A stretch of DNA of 64,000 nucleotides. Origin: Vermamoeba vermiformis. Its lineage: Eukaryota. The notes under the pieces were generated by a model. It searched no databases. It worked only from the letters and a program-made list of their open reading frames with translations, and had not been told where the DNA came from. This document shows, piece by piece, positions 25,199 to 38,779 of this stretch. The stretch spans positions 186,001 to 250,000 of the forward strand of contig JBEWZL010000235.1 in assembly GCA_045837725.1 (NCBI GenBank). Reading direction: 5' to 3'. Made by a program: the position numbers and the translations under genes. Position 1 is the first letter of the stretch. Each line of letters starts with the position of its first letter.

Positions 25199-25361
25199 GG
25201 TGTAGCTGTGAAAATGATAATTGAAATAACTAGTCGAATTTTTTGTCTGTCCATAAAAGGAAACAGTTTTCGGATCGAAGCATTTACTTTTAGTATGTAC
25301 AATAAACAAGGCATGGGACGAGTGAAAATCAACTCGTGAGGCGGAACAACTGTCCACGTGC

Positions 25362-28300
25362 TCACGACTTGGGTCCCGAAGTGACAGGTGTCACAGGTGC
25401 GGCACTCTGACCTGTCAACAGTGCACCACCAGCGCGCATGACGGAGAGTTTTTTCTCTTCAAAGGCAGCTTTCTCTGCGGCCAGTTGTTGCTTGGCCTTT
25501 TCAACTTTGAGTTGCTCTTCTTTGAGAATTTCTTCAATCTCTTCAAAGCTCTTCATTTTGAGCTCGAGTTTCTTCAGCTGTGCATCGATCACTTCCGCCA
25601 CTAACTTGTGAATGTCACGCTCTTCTTTCTCGGCCAACAACTGCGCGAGGTGTTAGCGATGCTCTCTGTAACTGATTTAACAGCGCACGTACCTTGGCTT
25701 TGACTGCAGCTGTGCCCAGTGCAGCGGCAGCAGCGGCCTTGAGCATGTCTTGATCACTTTCACTGAACGGCGCGTCAAGTTTCGATTTGTCGTGGCTGTG
25801 ATCCACACCGTTCTCTTTGACGGCACCGTTGTCAAGCTCCATCTTGTCGCCTGTCTTGCTCTTCAGAATGCAGTTCAGTGCTGCTTGTGCTGCTGCTGAT
25901 GCGACTTCAGGCTGCACAGCTTGTGAAAGGAAAGTGATGATGCTCATGACAGGATTGGTGGAGGACATGAACGGAATGGCTGATCCACCATTGATGGCCA
26001 TGTCTGAGCATGAGAGTTAATTACTGTAGCTGCAATAGAATATGCTTGTACGTACGAGATTCAACGGATTTGTCGCTCAATGCGCGTGAGAGATGATCTT
26101 CCAGGAACTGTTCCTCGATGGGCAGGCGCAAGAACTGAGCAATGCACTGCTCTTTGGTCTTGGTGCCCACGTGACTTGCAACGCGGTCCCAGTTTTCACC
26201 GAATCGTTCAGCAGCTTCGAGCAGCAACAGTGTCTCTTCTGCTGTCCACTCTTCGAATTCTTGCGGTGCTTTTTCCACCATATTGAAATCAGCACTGAAC
26301 ACTAAATAGACGTGTCAATAAACGCCTCCAGACAGTACTATAGTGTGGCACTTACTGTCTTCAGGGAACTTTCCAGCAGCAAAACACTCGGGACAAATGT
26401 TGTAGCTCGCACGTTCAACAATTCTGTTGCTTTCATTCGGCAGACTGTTCACGTGTCGCTGACTCTCATAGCGCACTCGACTGCAATCTTTGTTGCAGCT
26501 GCGGCAGTGCACCGTTTCAGGCTTGTGAAAGATGTTCGGTCGCAGTGCCAAACTGTTGTGTACACTGCGCACTCGCTTGGCGTGCTCTTCTTGTCGCTGC
26601 AGGACATTCAACTGTTGTTGAGGCGGCAAGGGGACTTGATGTTGACCCATGAAATAGCTGTTGATGTCGGGATTCACGTTGTAATTGATCAGTCCCAAGA
26701 ACTCGAGGTACTCGTGCACTCTAATGATCGCGGCAGCATCGCCATTGAGATTTCGTCGGCAAGCAGTGGCAGTGAGATATTGCGAGGGATTTTGTTGATA
26801 AGCATAGATCATGAAGTCGCGATATTCCTTGTATCTGAGGCATACAAGTTAATATGACATTTCGATAATTACAGCACACGTACATTTCGGGGGTCTTAGA
26901 GGGTGTCAATGGATCCTCCGTGAAGAATTCGGGCAATCCTTTCTTTTCATTCTCGTGTATCTGTGCGATGTCAAACCAGCTCACGTGTGAGGGCAAGGAT
27001 AAGGTTGGTTTGGGTTCCTATTGCCGCGGCGTTAATATCAACTGGTACCATTGTGACGTAGAATAAATAAATACCTCAGCGGATGGGATTACAAAAGCGT
27101 ATTGTTCATCAGGCAAGTTGGAGATATTTGAAATGTGCAGGGGCTTGTTGATTGACAGGTCTTTGGTGCGGTTCAACGGCACTCGTTTCATATTCATCGG
27201 TGTGATGCTGTTGCGCGGTGAGGTCAAATCTTTCACGGTCGGATACACCTTGCGTGTGGTGCCTGAAGCCGCACGTGATTTTTTGCGAGAGGGGCCTTCA
27301 CTGTCTTCCCCATCACCGTCATCGTCCTCTGAAGCACTCAATTCACTGAACGATCGCTTGGTGCCTCGACTGCGTGTCACTCGGCGTGGCTCATCGTCAT
27401 TGGTGTTCTCATCAACAATGTCTGACATGGCATCATCATCGACTTCATTATTCACCACTTTAGCACCTCGTTGACGTCGAGGACGCACTGCATTAGCATC
27501 TGCAAAGAGTCAGTTCAATTGCGTCGTCAATGAAAGCTTTACCTTTCGCAGCCTCTTCGTCGTATTCATAATCGACCTCATTCATCCACTCGTTAAATAC
27601 ATCCAAATCAGTGATGAATCGAGCAGTCTGCAAAACTAATGAGCTCATCGAACACAATACTAATCGATTGTACGAGACATACCACCACCCAAGGACCTTG
27701 ACGAGCCGGCACTGGATCAGCCTCGCCCTCCACTTCATTGATAGGCAGCCAAGTGTTATAAGAGTCAGGATAATACCACCAGTGCACCAGCGCTAATCTC
27801 TCGCGCTTTTCAATGGTGCGCAAGTACTCGACGTCCTCTGGTTCTGTGCTCAACAAGTTGGGCTTGATCACGTGTGTGCACTCGCTCTCAGTCTCAGTGA
27901 CGGTGCCGCCGTGCTTGGTGACCAGTGCTGCGAGTCGCTTGGCGTCTGCTGCTGGCAGATCAGCGGAGAAATAGACCACGGGGTACTTCAAGTGACCTGC
28001 CTCCTGCAACGACATGTGTCAGATTGTACGCACGATGATAGTATTAGTCACTTACTCGCAGCGCTGATTCGACTTTAGCAAACAGCTCCAAGTTTTGTTC
28101 AGTTTTGGTGGGCGAGGAGAATTCAAACTTGCGCCAGTTCTGCGCATTCTGTGCGGCAAAGGGTCAGTTACCAAATAAGGAAGAATCGTTCCGTGCATTG
28201 CGTACCTTGAACTTGTAGCACTCTAATAGCACAATGTAAAGTGGTCCATTTTCTGAATAGTCGTGGAATAGCGCATTAGGCAGTTTGGTGAACTTCTTTG

Positions 28301-28917
28301 GACCAGGTGCCTGATCGTTACAGATGTCAGTTTAATTTCCCAATGATGCCAGGATTAGTGATAAAAGTTGAAATAAATTTTTGTTATTATGGCAGCAGGT
28401 AAAAGCCTGCCCATAACAATGAAATCTAGCAAATCCAATCTACCGATTCTTTCGAGAGAACGAATTACGCACAAGAAAAAAATTATATATTGATAAGAGA
28501 TGATGTACGTTAATATTTGAGTGCGTGTTCGGCTGGGAGTGCCCGCGCAAAATAAAAAATAGAAAATTTGTGTTCGGAACCACGACGCAGCATTCTAAAG
28601 GCGCAGTCATATAGGTGACACTCCAACACTATGTACATCACCGGTATGATTTTTGTTGGCCCAAAGAACAAGCGCGGCTATTTTCAGATTTACATCAGAT
28701 TGAAAAAACGGGTACTTACGTTTCGTCCCAGCTGATCCTCTTGAAATTGCAAAAAGTGTCCTACTGTCAAGCCCAATGCTCTATTTGTAATGGCTGAATC
28801 TTGTCCTAATGTTTCGTTGAGGTGGTGTCGGATGTTATCGAATCTCTGCACGAACGCCTCAGATTCATATTCCTTGAGATTGACACCGCCAGATTTCTTC
28901 CTTTTTACTGTAGCCAT
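25362..28917 (-). CDS. SMARCC: SWI/SNF core subunit SWI3/SMARCC (BAF155/170-like)
   Basis: N-terminal [35 protein letters not shown] and [15 protein letters not shown] ([16 protein letters not shown]); ZZ-like finger; SANT ([12 protein letters not shown]); C-terminal QLKKLELKM. Confidence 0.93.
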
Positions 28918-29261
28918 TATAATCAACCTATGCTCTATTCATTCGAGGGTCAGCAGGTCAAACAAATTACGCGGCCAGCAAATTCGATAAAAACACCGTT
29001 TTTGGTTTTTATTAATTTTATATTACGTTACATGTGCACACCACCATTTGCCACTAATCTGCGGTGTGCACACGTCGTCAGCATTCTTGAACGTTCCAAG
29101 ACAAGCTTTACTTGTCGGAGGTTTGATGATTCTCGATCGCGTCTTTAATCTGCCCAGATTCGGTAATTTACCCACGGGTCACTTGGATGTTTGCAGTTTA
29201 CGAACCTAAGTAAGAAAAATATTAGAACGAATATTTCGGATCGAGGCTGCAGTATTTACAT

Positions 29262-31230
29262 CTAAAGCACTCGTTCGGCAAAAGGCTTGGCGAAGAAGTG
29301 TTCAAATTGCCTGGCACTGACCACTGCACACCTTGCTGGCAACTCTTCTTCTCTGAAGTCACACTGGCTAGTGGTCACTACGAGCAACATCCAGTGCTTC
29401 AAGTGCGCTTTCTTCATCGCTTTCTTGACCTTGTTCACACTTGTCTCCACTTGCTCCAAGGTTAATTGCGCGGTATTGTAGTATTTAGTGCGACCACAGA
29501 TGAAGAAGCCGTTCTCGAGGCCCTCCACAGCAAAATTAACAAAAAAGTCGAATGGTGCACCTTCATTGTTGACGACCACCCGACCGGTGTTGCACCAATT
29601 AATGGGCATGCCACGCTCATCAACAAGCGTTCTTTTCGACGGGAACGTTTTGTTAGCTGTGAGTACTCTTCCGCAGTATTTCGTGTGCTTAGGGATGATG
29701 AGCTCGTAGTCTTGGACATCCTTAGCAATCACTGCACCGCGCAGCAATGTATGTACGTGCACCTGTCCTTCACCAAACGCAGCAATTCTCAATGCCAAGT
29801 ACTGTGCACAGAATCGTTCGAAGTGCTGCCGGGTAAACAGATCTCCATCGGTGCAGCTCTCGAGAGTGTAGCGCAACATTGAATGGAAGCGCTCGTTGTG
29901 GCCTGATGTCTGCTCCGTCCAAGCATGCAAGCTCAGGTATGGCCAGTAAGGTACGTTGTACTGATCGAATCTTAAGCCCAATTCTCGTTGTTCCAGCGAA
30001 TCAAAGGTCACGGAATTGCAGCCCGGTATCTCATCGCTGGATTGAGGAGCTCGTTTGACCATGGCAATGATGACATTCTCTAGTGAGACCTTGCTAGTTC
30101 CATCCCAACTGGTAGCCATAGATTTAGCGAGCACTTGTCGTACTATTGTCCAGTTCACGTCTGCAACAGAAGAGTACTTGCTCATCTGGATCACCAATGA
30201 CTCGATCGTTCGCGGATGTCCACCAATGTCTAGAAGCAGATTTCTCATGCACGCATTGGTGTATACTCCATTTGATTCGAAGTAGTTGGCGATGATGGTC
30301 AGGGCCGATGTTTCTGACAGCGGATCCAAGCGGTGGGGGCAGATGGGGAAAGTTGAATAATGGCCTGCATCAATGATAGACCGGCGAGACGTTCCAGCAA
30401 GAAGCACATAAATTCGGGTGTTGCTCGGAGGACAAAGCTTGGACCTTCCCAAAGCCTTAACGATCTGCCTGATCTCGAACGAAGAGCTCTCTCCTGGTGC
30501 ACCTGTTAAAAACTTGTTGTACTCATCAAGTCCTATTGCTATATTGAAAGTGACATCGTCACCGAGATTATGGGTCAGAATATAATCTTCGCGAATGAGT
30601 GCCAGTGCGGTGCGGATGGAGAAGGATGACTCGTCCAGGGGCTTCGTTAACTCGTACAAGTCACCGAGAACATCGTCTAAACACACATTAGGAGGTCCTT
30701 CGATGAAGTAGTGATACAGCAAGCGCAGAGCTAGGCATCGAGCTGGTGCCTTTCGGTCTATATCCGTGACCTCGTTGCCGTTGTTGTACGTCGCATGAAT
30801 GTACAGATAGTGTTGGAAGTGTTTTGCTACGGATTGGTGAGGTTGTTGCAATACTTCAGCCATAAACCGTGTTTTGCCTGATCCAGGTGTTCCAACAACA
30901 GCTTGTAACGGCCATTTCGTACGATCCGTAGTGCTGCAGTTCTTTTCTGTCAAGAATGTTTGCCATATCTGTTCGTATAGCTCGTTTCTGTCCATGAAGG
31001 TGAGTCTACGACCAACAGGGTTTATTCTCTGCAATAAAATTTAGCAGATTAGCAAAAGTCAAATGCGAACAAAGCATTATACGGACTTCGTAGTTAATGG
31101 GTTGTGATGATGGCTTTCTCATCGCGCGTAATTTCTCTCGAACCTCGTTAATTACCGCTAGGACATTTCTTTTTCTCGAGATCTTCGTCGGTGAAATTGC
31201 GCAGCCTCCATGTTCGGTAAAAGAAGACAT
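29262..31230 (-). CDS. Crinkler/RHS-type P-loop NTPase plus restriction-endonuclease-like effector
   Basis: Walker A GTPGSGKT, TYNNG, LALRLLY, Walker B IAIGLDEY, GGHPRTIE, FERFCAQY and REase-like NNEGAPFD..ICGRTK. One intron near 31032-31086. Confidence 0.72.
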
Positions 31231-31434
31231 TGTTATGCTATCGTATTAAATAATGGCGATGCCACGAATCGCTGTAATCTGTGGTCGAGTGTTGGTTTGA
31301 AATGAAATAATAAAATTGTAACGGACAAAAACTTCATTTGCAGCTCAGAATAAATTTAGAACGGAACGCGGAATATTACTGTACAAATATAAACTGCACA
31401 TTCAAGCAGTTTAGGTATGAAGTATACGTCATAA

Positions 31435-32996
31435 TTAAGCTCGAATAGACATCTCTGTTTTGGCTGAGCTCGCCTTTCCTGCTCCTTGTGATGTGTAACC
31501 CGGAGTGCCTTGCGACGTGCGGCCCTCTTCTGGGGCAGGATTGCAAGGGCACAACAGATTGCGCCAGCGATTGATAATCTTCTTGTTCATACAGTAAGCT
31601 CCAAAGATGCACAAGCCCTATTACAGCTTTAGAATTTGTAGGGTTGCGATCGACCTCGAACCAACTCACCTGAGAAGGTACGGCAATTGAAAACAATACG
31701 GTAAATAGTTCTCGTGCAATATCGACGTTATTGAGAATAGCGACTAAAAAGCCAGTCACCCACACGAGACCCACGGAGACGAAAATGCTAATGAGAATGC
31801 GGCACTCATTCGCTTGCTTCTGATTAGAGCGGGAGTTCTACAACGCATATTAGTTAATACTGCATTGATGTGACTATGGTAAGGTTGAGATTACCTTCTT
31901 GAGTGTAGTGAGAATTTCACGCGCGACGAATGCAAAGAGCACCAAGTTGGCGCAGAACACTCCGACACCAGGCACGAAGAATGCGTAGGCAATGACACTG
32001 CTCTCGCGCAAGTAGCAACTGCCACCCTCGAATGCAGCGCCGTACTGATTGCCAATCGCGGCTAAGATCGTCACGATCACTAGCGGCACACCCCAGCCAA
32101 TCAAATGATAGAACTTCTCGAGATTGGCCGTCTCAGGGTACCGCTTGACAATCTACCAACGAGGATTAATACAAGGAGTTATAAGAAATAATACATACCA
32201 TCAAATAGAGGTTGATGGCAATGCACAGACACCAGAAGAAGTTGGTGAGGAAGAAGTAGTGAATCATCGCACCAGCCACGACACAGAAGTGATTGCCGTA
32301 GAGTGTTTGCGCACGATCAGCTTGTGTGGAGAGAATTGAGACCGCAAAAAATGTGGATTGGCCGCAGATGATGCAGACACACAAGTACATGATCAGTTTG
32401 ATGGCAAATGTGCGCACATTCTTGAATATGGTGAATGTGAGGATGGTGAAGAGTGCACCTGCAATCGACAGACTGAGCAGCACGAGTGTCAAGTAGCCGA
32501 CTGCGAGTCCGAATTCTTCGGTGATAATTAGATTAACGTCCGCGCAGCTGTAGTATTTTTGACCACCACCAGCAGTCGCATCAAATACGACGCGTAATAC
32601 ACCAAATCCAACCACGGTAGAGACGCCAGGCTTGGTCTGAATATTAATTGTAAAATTGAGCACTTGATTGTCTCCAGATTGCGGTTGGGCGAATGAAACC
32701 ACTTCTATTTCAGTTTCATTAACTCCTGATCGCTTCCACAGAAATTTGTAAGTATTTGAAGGGGAGTAGAAAGCGGTTCGTTGGTAGATCGAGACGACAA
32801 TATCCTCCCACGCATCCATCGTTGTAATATTTGCAATTCGTCCAAGACATTGTTCTTGAGTTATTCTACATTGTTCAATTGGTACCGTGGCATCGCAAAC
32901 AATTCTGGGTGTCGGGTAATAAAAACCAGCCGATGCGTAGGTACACCCAACAAATAATGCAGTAATTAGGCCAATATAGAAAAATCTGGTTGTCAT
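31435..32996 (-). CDS. 7TM GPCR (family-2/cAMP-receptor-like) with signal peptide and a ~135-aa ectodomain
   Basis: Seven hydrophobic segments with HYFFLTNFFWCLCIAINLY, YHLIGWGVP, CYL and Q|GLCIFGAYC. The last exon ends ...EMSIRA*. Confidence 0.85.
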
Positions 32997-33117
32997 ATTG
33001 ATTCTTCTATGTTAGTCAATGCTGAAATAGTTTAAATAATGACTGCAGAAAAAAACGTACCGATAAAATAAAATTCATAAAATTTGTCAGTCACGTTCTG
33101 ATCCCACAAGAAGGACC

Positions 33118-36100
33118 ATGGCTGAGATAGATAAGATTAGTTACAGCGGTCCTGTTACGGCACTTGCGTACTCCTTAGATGGAAAGTATTTACTGGCAGG
33201 TATGTAACGACGCGAGTGACAGATCCGATCGTGGCTAATCCTCACGGCGAAACTTAGCATATTTTTACCTAAATATAAACACAAAATATATTAGCAGATA
33301 TTTTAATATTTTTACTGATTTTTTCTGGAGGAATTGGACCCGAGTTGAAGATCTACGCTACCTTTACTGGCGAGCTGGTGACTTCAGAGTACTTATTCGA
33401 CGGTTGTAAAATTAATGGCATACGACTCGGTAAGAATAAAGTATATGCAAGCAACGTTGTTGACACTCAGTGCAGTTCAACGAGAATCAAATGATGACAC
33501 CAATGCGCTGCTGCTGTTTCTGTGGGGCCAGAAGCGAATGGCTGTATATGACTTGGAGCTCGGCAAGCATCAGTTAACGGTCAGTATTAAGCTCTTGGCG
33601 AAAATCAAGCAGTTCATGGATTGGATCTGGGATGTCATGCCACTTCCTAAAGCATTAGCCGAGCACCTCAATCTCAAATACGCCGATGATGAGTTATGCG
33701 CTATTGGCACTGCGCACAATAGAATTGAAATCTGGGACTGGCGACAACAGATCCGCGTGTGGCACCGTCAGTGCGAAGAGAACTGCATCATGTAAGCTAG
33801 GGCACGCGCATTGATAACTACTAACACTCCCTATAGATACAGCATGTCGATGTACGTTACAGACGATGCACAGTTGATAGTAGCTGTTGGCACGGTGTTC
33901 AATCAGATCTGGATCTGGCACCCGCTGCACTCAGAGAAGATCCTGACAAGACTATTGGGTCACGAGGTACAATTTGTATAATGTGCATATGTTTTACTAA
34001 TATTCACAGGGTGCTATATTCCGCATTCACTGGAGTGCTGATGGTACGCGGATGTGCACCACTTCCGATGACCGCACAGCACGTGTGTGGCACCATGTCC
34101 TCACTGCACGGTGTGTAGATATGGCACGAATATAGGACTAGACTGGACTAACATCTGGCAGGGGTGAGATTGCACCGTTCAAATCCTTCTACGGACACAA
34201 AGCACGCGTGTGGAGCTGTCTGTTTGCAGGCCCGTATCTCATCACTGCCGCAGAGGTACCACGCATATTACAGTGAGACTAGGGGTATTAATGTCGTGTC
34301 TGACAGGACTCCACGTGCTTGATATGGAACATTGAAAGGGGAGAAAAGCTGCAGTCGATTGAAGGACATCGTTCGAAGAGTGTCTGGGCCATTGCCATTG
34401 ACCCGTCACTGCGCATACTCGTGCGTGTCTATGATCACTATCAATTAGACTCCTCATATAATAATGCTCGTATATATAGGCCACTGGTGGCGGAGATTCG
34501 TTCGTCAAACAGTGGGACATCAATCACTTGGTTGACGGCAAGTCTTCGGGTGTCGAACACGCGTATGATGTGCCGCTGACTGATGTGCCGGTACGTACAC
34601 CTTAGTATCGCTATTGTATATCTGTCTGACACGAGTGCAGAATGTGGACAAGCAAAAAGACGAACACGTCAAAACAATTAAAATCATCGACGACAAGTCC
34701 ATTGTTCTGAGCACCAATCGCGGGTATGCACTGCGATATGAGTAACTGCAATAGGGCACTAATAATAGCTGCAGATTCGTGTACCGCTTTGATCGCCACA
34801 CCTTGACCTGGTCGCAATTGCACTTCTTCGCAGAGTCGCTGCAGAGTCATGTCGTGCAGTACTGCGCGTACGATGCACCACTGCAACTGTTGCTGTACGG
34901 CGACAACTTTGGCACTGTGACTCTCATGTCACTGCTCGCTGATGGCAGTGTGGCTAAGGTCAGTGAGAGGACTTTATATGCGCCATACTGACCATGCACA
35001 GGTCCACCAGTTCACCGCTTCAACTCTGCGCATCGTGTACATGCACGTGCATCGATTGAAAGAGCAAAACGACAATGAATTCTGTTTGTTTGTATCCACC
35101 GTGGAAGGAGAGCTGCAGTTGTGGCATGTGAATATGAATGTATGCACGGACAATAACATATGTGATGTGCTAATACTGTATATAGGAGCTGCAATGGAAT
35201 TTGATCAAAACATTCAAGCTGGGACGTCGTGACTCAGTGTGGAGCATAGCCGTGGATGAAGAGTACAAGAGCGTCGTGTGCGGTGATGGACGAGGTGCAA
35301 TTCACCTCTTTGAACTGCCCGCACTCAGCACTGCACTCGCTGAGCCCTCGTTGCCGCACTTCACTCTGCGACAAATGCACGATCAAGAGCGCGTGAGCTG
35401 TTTGTTGATCACCAAAGACAAAGAAATCTACAGCGGAGGTCGCAATGGGCACGTGAACAAGTTCAAATTTGAAGGCACACCTGGTCACACTAATGTGCGG
35501 CTCGTCAAAGTGTCTTCAGCCAAAGCCTACAAGAACATGGACTACGTAGAGTCTATTTTTAGCATCGGAGATGTGACTGACATGCCCGACAATGACGATG
35601 ACAGCGGCAGTGAGGCTGAGAGTGATGAGGAAGAACATCTGGCCTCGCACAGTGAAGAGGTGCAGCAAAGCAGTCGCGAGCACTTGATGCTGCACGGCTT
35701 CTACGGTGCCAATGCCGTGTATTACGACTGGAGTGAACAGAGTGTGGTCACTACTATCGCGTGTGGTGGCAGCAAACGTCCCTACGACTGTCACTATGCA
35801 GCGCTCTCGCACGACGAGGGAGCTGATGTGCAGTACTGCATGGCGTACTCTAAGGCCAAACAGCTGCACATCTACACGACACAGCCCAAAGAGCGCGTGT
35901 TTGCGAACACTATTCTGCACCCTCCATTCCATGGTCGACAAGCCAACTCTGTGACATTGATTAATGACCCCTCGCACTCGAAACAGATGTACTTCGCGAC
36001 CACTAGCGAGGACACGACTGTGAAGCTGTTTAAATATGGTACCGACAACAATGAGCTAATTAGATGATGCTGACGCTCCACAGATATGCAACAACCTGCT

Positions 36101-37338
36101 CGTGCAGCAGTACAATGCATTCAAACGCTGCGACAACACACGTGCTCTACACGCACTGTTGCATTCTCGAAACGTGAGTACTAATCATAATAATTATAGC
36201 TTTATGAAGCTAATGGCATGCAGATCCGAACTCTTCAGAAGTGTTGATGTTCTCTGGCGGTGGCAAACTGCAGTTGAAATGCTGGCGGTCATTTGAAGTG
36301 AAGCAAGGTACACTCTACACCTATCTTCAACAGCACATCTAACAGCACAATTATAGGCAGCAATTCAATGCAAACATTCCATCTGTTGTCATCATTAGAC
36401 GCTCACAGTGCTGACACTCAATGCAGAATCATGGAATTGAATGCTTTTCCGCTGTCATGGATAAACGGAAAGCGTATGTGTCGATACTCCTAGCACCATC
36501 AACTAACATATTGTACTAGTCCTGCACTGTGTTGTGGCTGGTCGTTCCGATGCCTTTATGACTGTCATGTTGTTCGATCAAGACAGCAAACAGTTCTCCG
36601 TGCTTGGTGCATTGCGTCACGGCTCTCCTATCGTGTCCCTTAATACACTCCAAATTCGTAAGTGCACTTGAATGCATTGTTTAATGATATTAAATTGTCT
36701 TAGCTCGTAATGGCACACCTGCTTCGTTGATCTTCAGCGGTGGCACCGACGGATACATTCGTGTGTGGGACGTAACTGCAATGCTCAACACGCACTCGAC
36801 TGAGACTGTGCAGCCAATATTTGAAGTGAAGGCCCATCAACTCGGTGCTGATTCGATGGATATTGTCGAAGTGGCCCCTAACTCTTACGTCTTGTCCTCG
36901 GGTGGTGATGACCAGTCAGTTTTTGTCGCTGCATTTGAAGTGCACACGGAGCCAGAAATCAAACTACTAAATTGGCGCCAAAAGTCTTACGTCGATGTGC
37001 ACACCTCTTCGATCAAAGGTAAGTGATAGATCATCACCGCTACTCGTGCCTAATGGTCACTAGGCTTGCAATGCGATGGTTCGTATGTCTACACAGCGGG
37101 TCCAGATCAACGCCTCAACATTTGGAAGATTGTGCACAGTCCTACCGACATTGCACTTGCCTGGCACGCAGCCTGTCTGCTTGAAGTGGCAGATGTCAGT
37201 TCAATTGCCCTCAAGCGAACGGACCATGGACACGTGATTGTTATAGCCGTTGGTGATGGAGTGCAATTGTTGGAAGTCATTCACGTAAGCCTCAACTACT
37301 CTTTATACAACCGATTAAATACTGCTACACAGAAATGA
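33118..37338 (+). CDS. WDR6: WD-repeat protein 6 / Trm734 (tRNA 2'-O-methyltransferase regulator), multi-exon
   Basis: GPVTALAY..LLAG|IGPELKIY, GHE|GAIF..TSDDRTARVW, YGHKARVW, CGGSKRPYD, FHGRQANSV, SGGDDQS and GPDQRLNIW. Confidence 0.87.
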
Positions 37339-37339
37339 A

Positions 37340-38605
37340 CTACTCATTGGCGACATTGCTATTCGTGGGACTGCTCCTTGTTGAGAGCATATTGCGGAGT
37401 TTGGCAAATCTGTCAGCTGTGTCTGCATCACGCGCAGCTCTGACCTTCGTTGCTTGCTCATTTTGACTGCGTAACTCCGCGAACCTCTCTGCCGTAGACT
37501 TGTTGGTAGGTGTCTCGTTGCCTGACTTTGGTATCGCAGTACTAACTTCTCGGTTGTCTTTTTCAGCACTTCGTCGCAGAAACTTGTTGAACATGTCCGG
37601 GCTTGGGGTTAGCACTAATTAAATCAACGTTACCCGTGCTCGAGCTTTGAAACTCAACTTACTTGACGACTTTGGTGGTGTAGAAGGTACTGAGAAGGGT
37701 GTTGCGCTGTCAACTTTACGCTTTTTGTGATCGACAAACAAATCTGGCGTGCTTGGCGGTGGTCGCTTCATGGCAGAAGGCAAAGGAGTGGCAGGCAAGA
37801 TGCTTGACGTGTTCGGTCGTTGACTAAACAGCTGTTGCATGGACTCTTTGCTGATGATCGGCTTGGGTCTATCGTCCGCGCTCGCTGGTGACTTGTTGTG
37901 CATGAATTCACCAACCAGTGACCTGCACGACGTCAATTCAAATATTCTTTGATTTGAACTTACGAAGGGGGCTTAGAGGAGAATTGTAAAGCCGACACGT
38001 TGCTTGAGAGGTTGAGGCGCAGTTTCGAACTTTCATTTGAAACTAAATTGACTTGTTTTCGCAGCGTTTGTTGCTCGCTCGTTGCAGCTTCGAGCTTTCT
38101 AATCCAATCATTACGCCAGTAATCTTGACGAAGATAAACGTACCTATTTTTCTCTCTTTCGATGGCAAGTTCAGCTTCCAGATGCTTCGCGTACTCTTCG
38201 AGTTGAGTTTGCCGCCAAGTCGATATTTCAATCAGTTGTTGCGCGCTGTCCGTAATTTTCTTGACTACAGATGGAAGAGGCTCGAAGTAATGTAACAAAT
38301 CCGCAGGTATATCCCTCTGAACAAATATAAGAACGGATCTGGCAGTACGTTACTACTTACCTCGTTATTGATGTTTATTTTGGTTACCAGTGCCTAACAA
38401 TCGTTAACTCAGCCGTCTTAATTATAATACTACTTACATTGCATACAGGACAATTGAATTGATAGCCAGGAATGCCTCTAGAGCAGCCATTACACAAAAA
38501 ATGACCGCATGAGGTCAGTACAATATTTGTCAAATGCGAGATGGAAACGAAGCATCTGTTGCATCTAATCCACGAGAAATCGCAGTTGTGCTGAAACAAG
38601 CTCAT
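37340..38605 (-). CDS. RNF212: RNF212/Zip3-like meiotic RING E3 ligase
   Basis: N-terminal WIRCNRCF..LTSCGHFLCNGC..CPVCN, then a coiled coil and an S/P/T-rich tail, which is the RNF212 architecture. Confidence 0.7.
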
Positions 38606-38779
38606 CGCTCGTGTTGTGGTGCTTTGTTGGAGTTCGAAGAAAGAAATGAGCTCCAGTACGTGCGCGAAATTTCCTGCTAAGAAAAGCACGTGGTCAACCA
38701 CTACACGCGGATCTTAAGTTGTCATTCAGCTTCCGTGATCGCGAACAAGTACTACAGATCAAATGATTGAGCATTGAAA

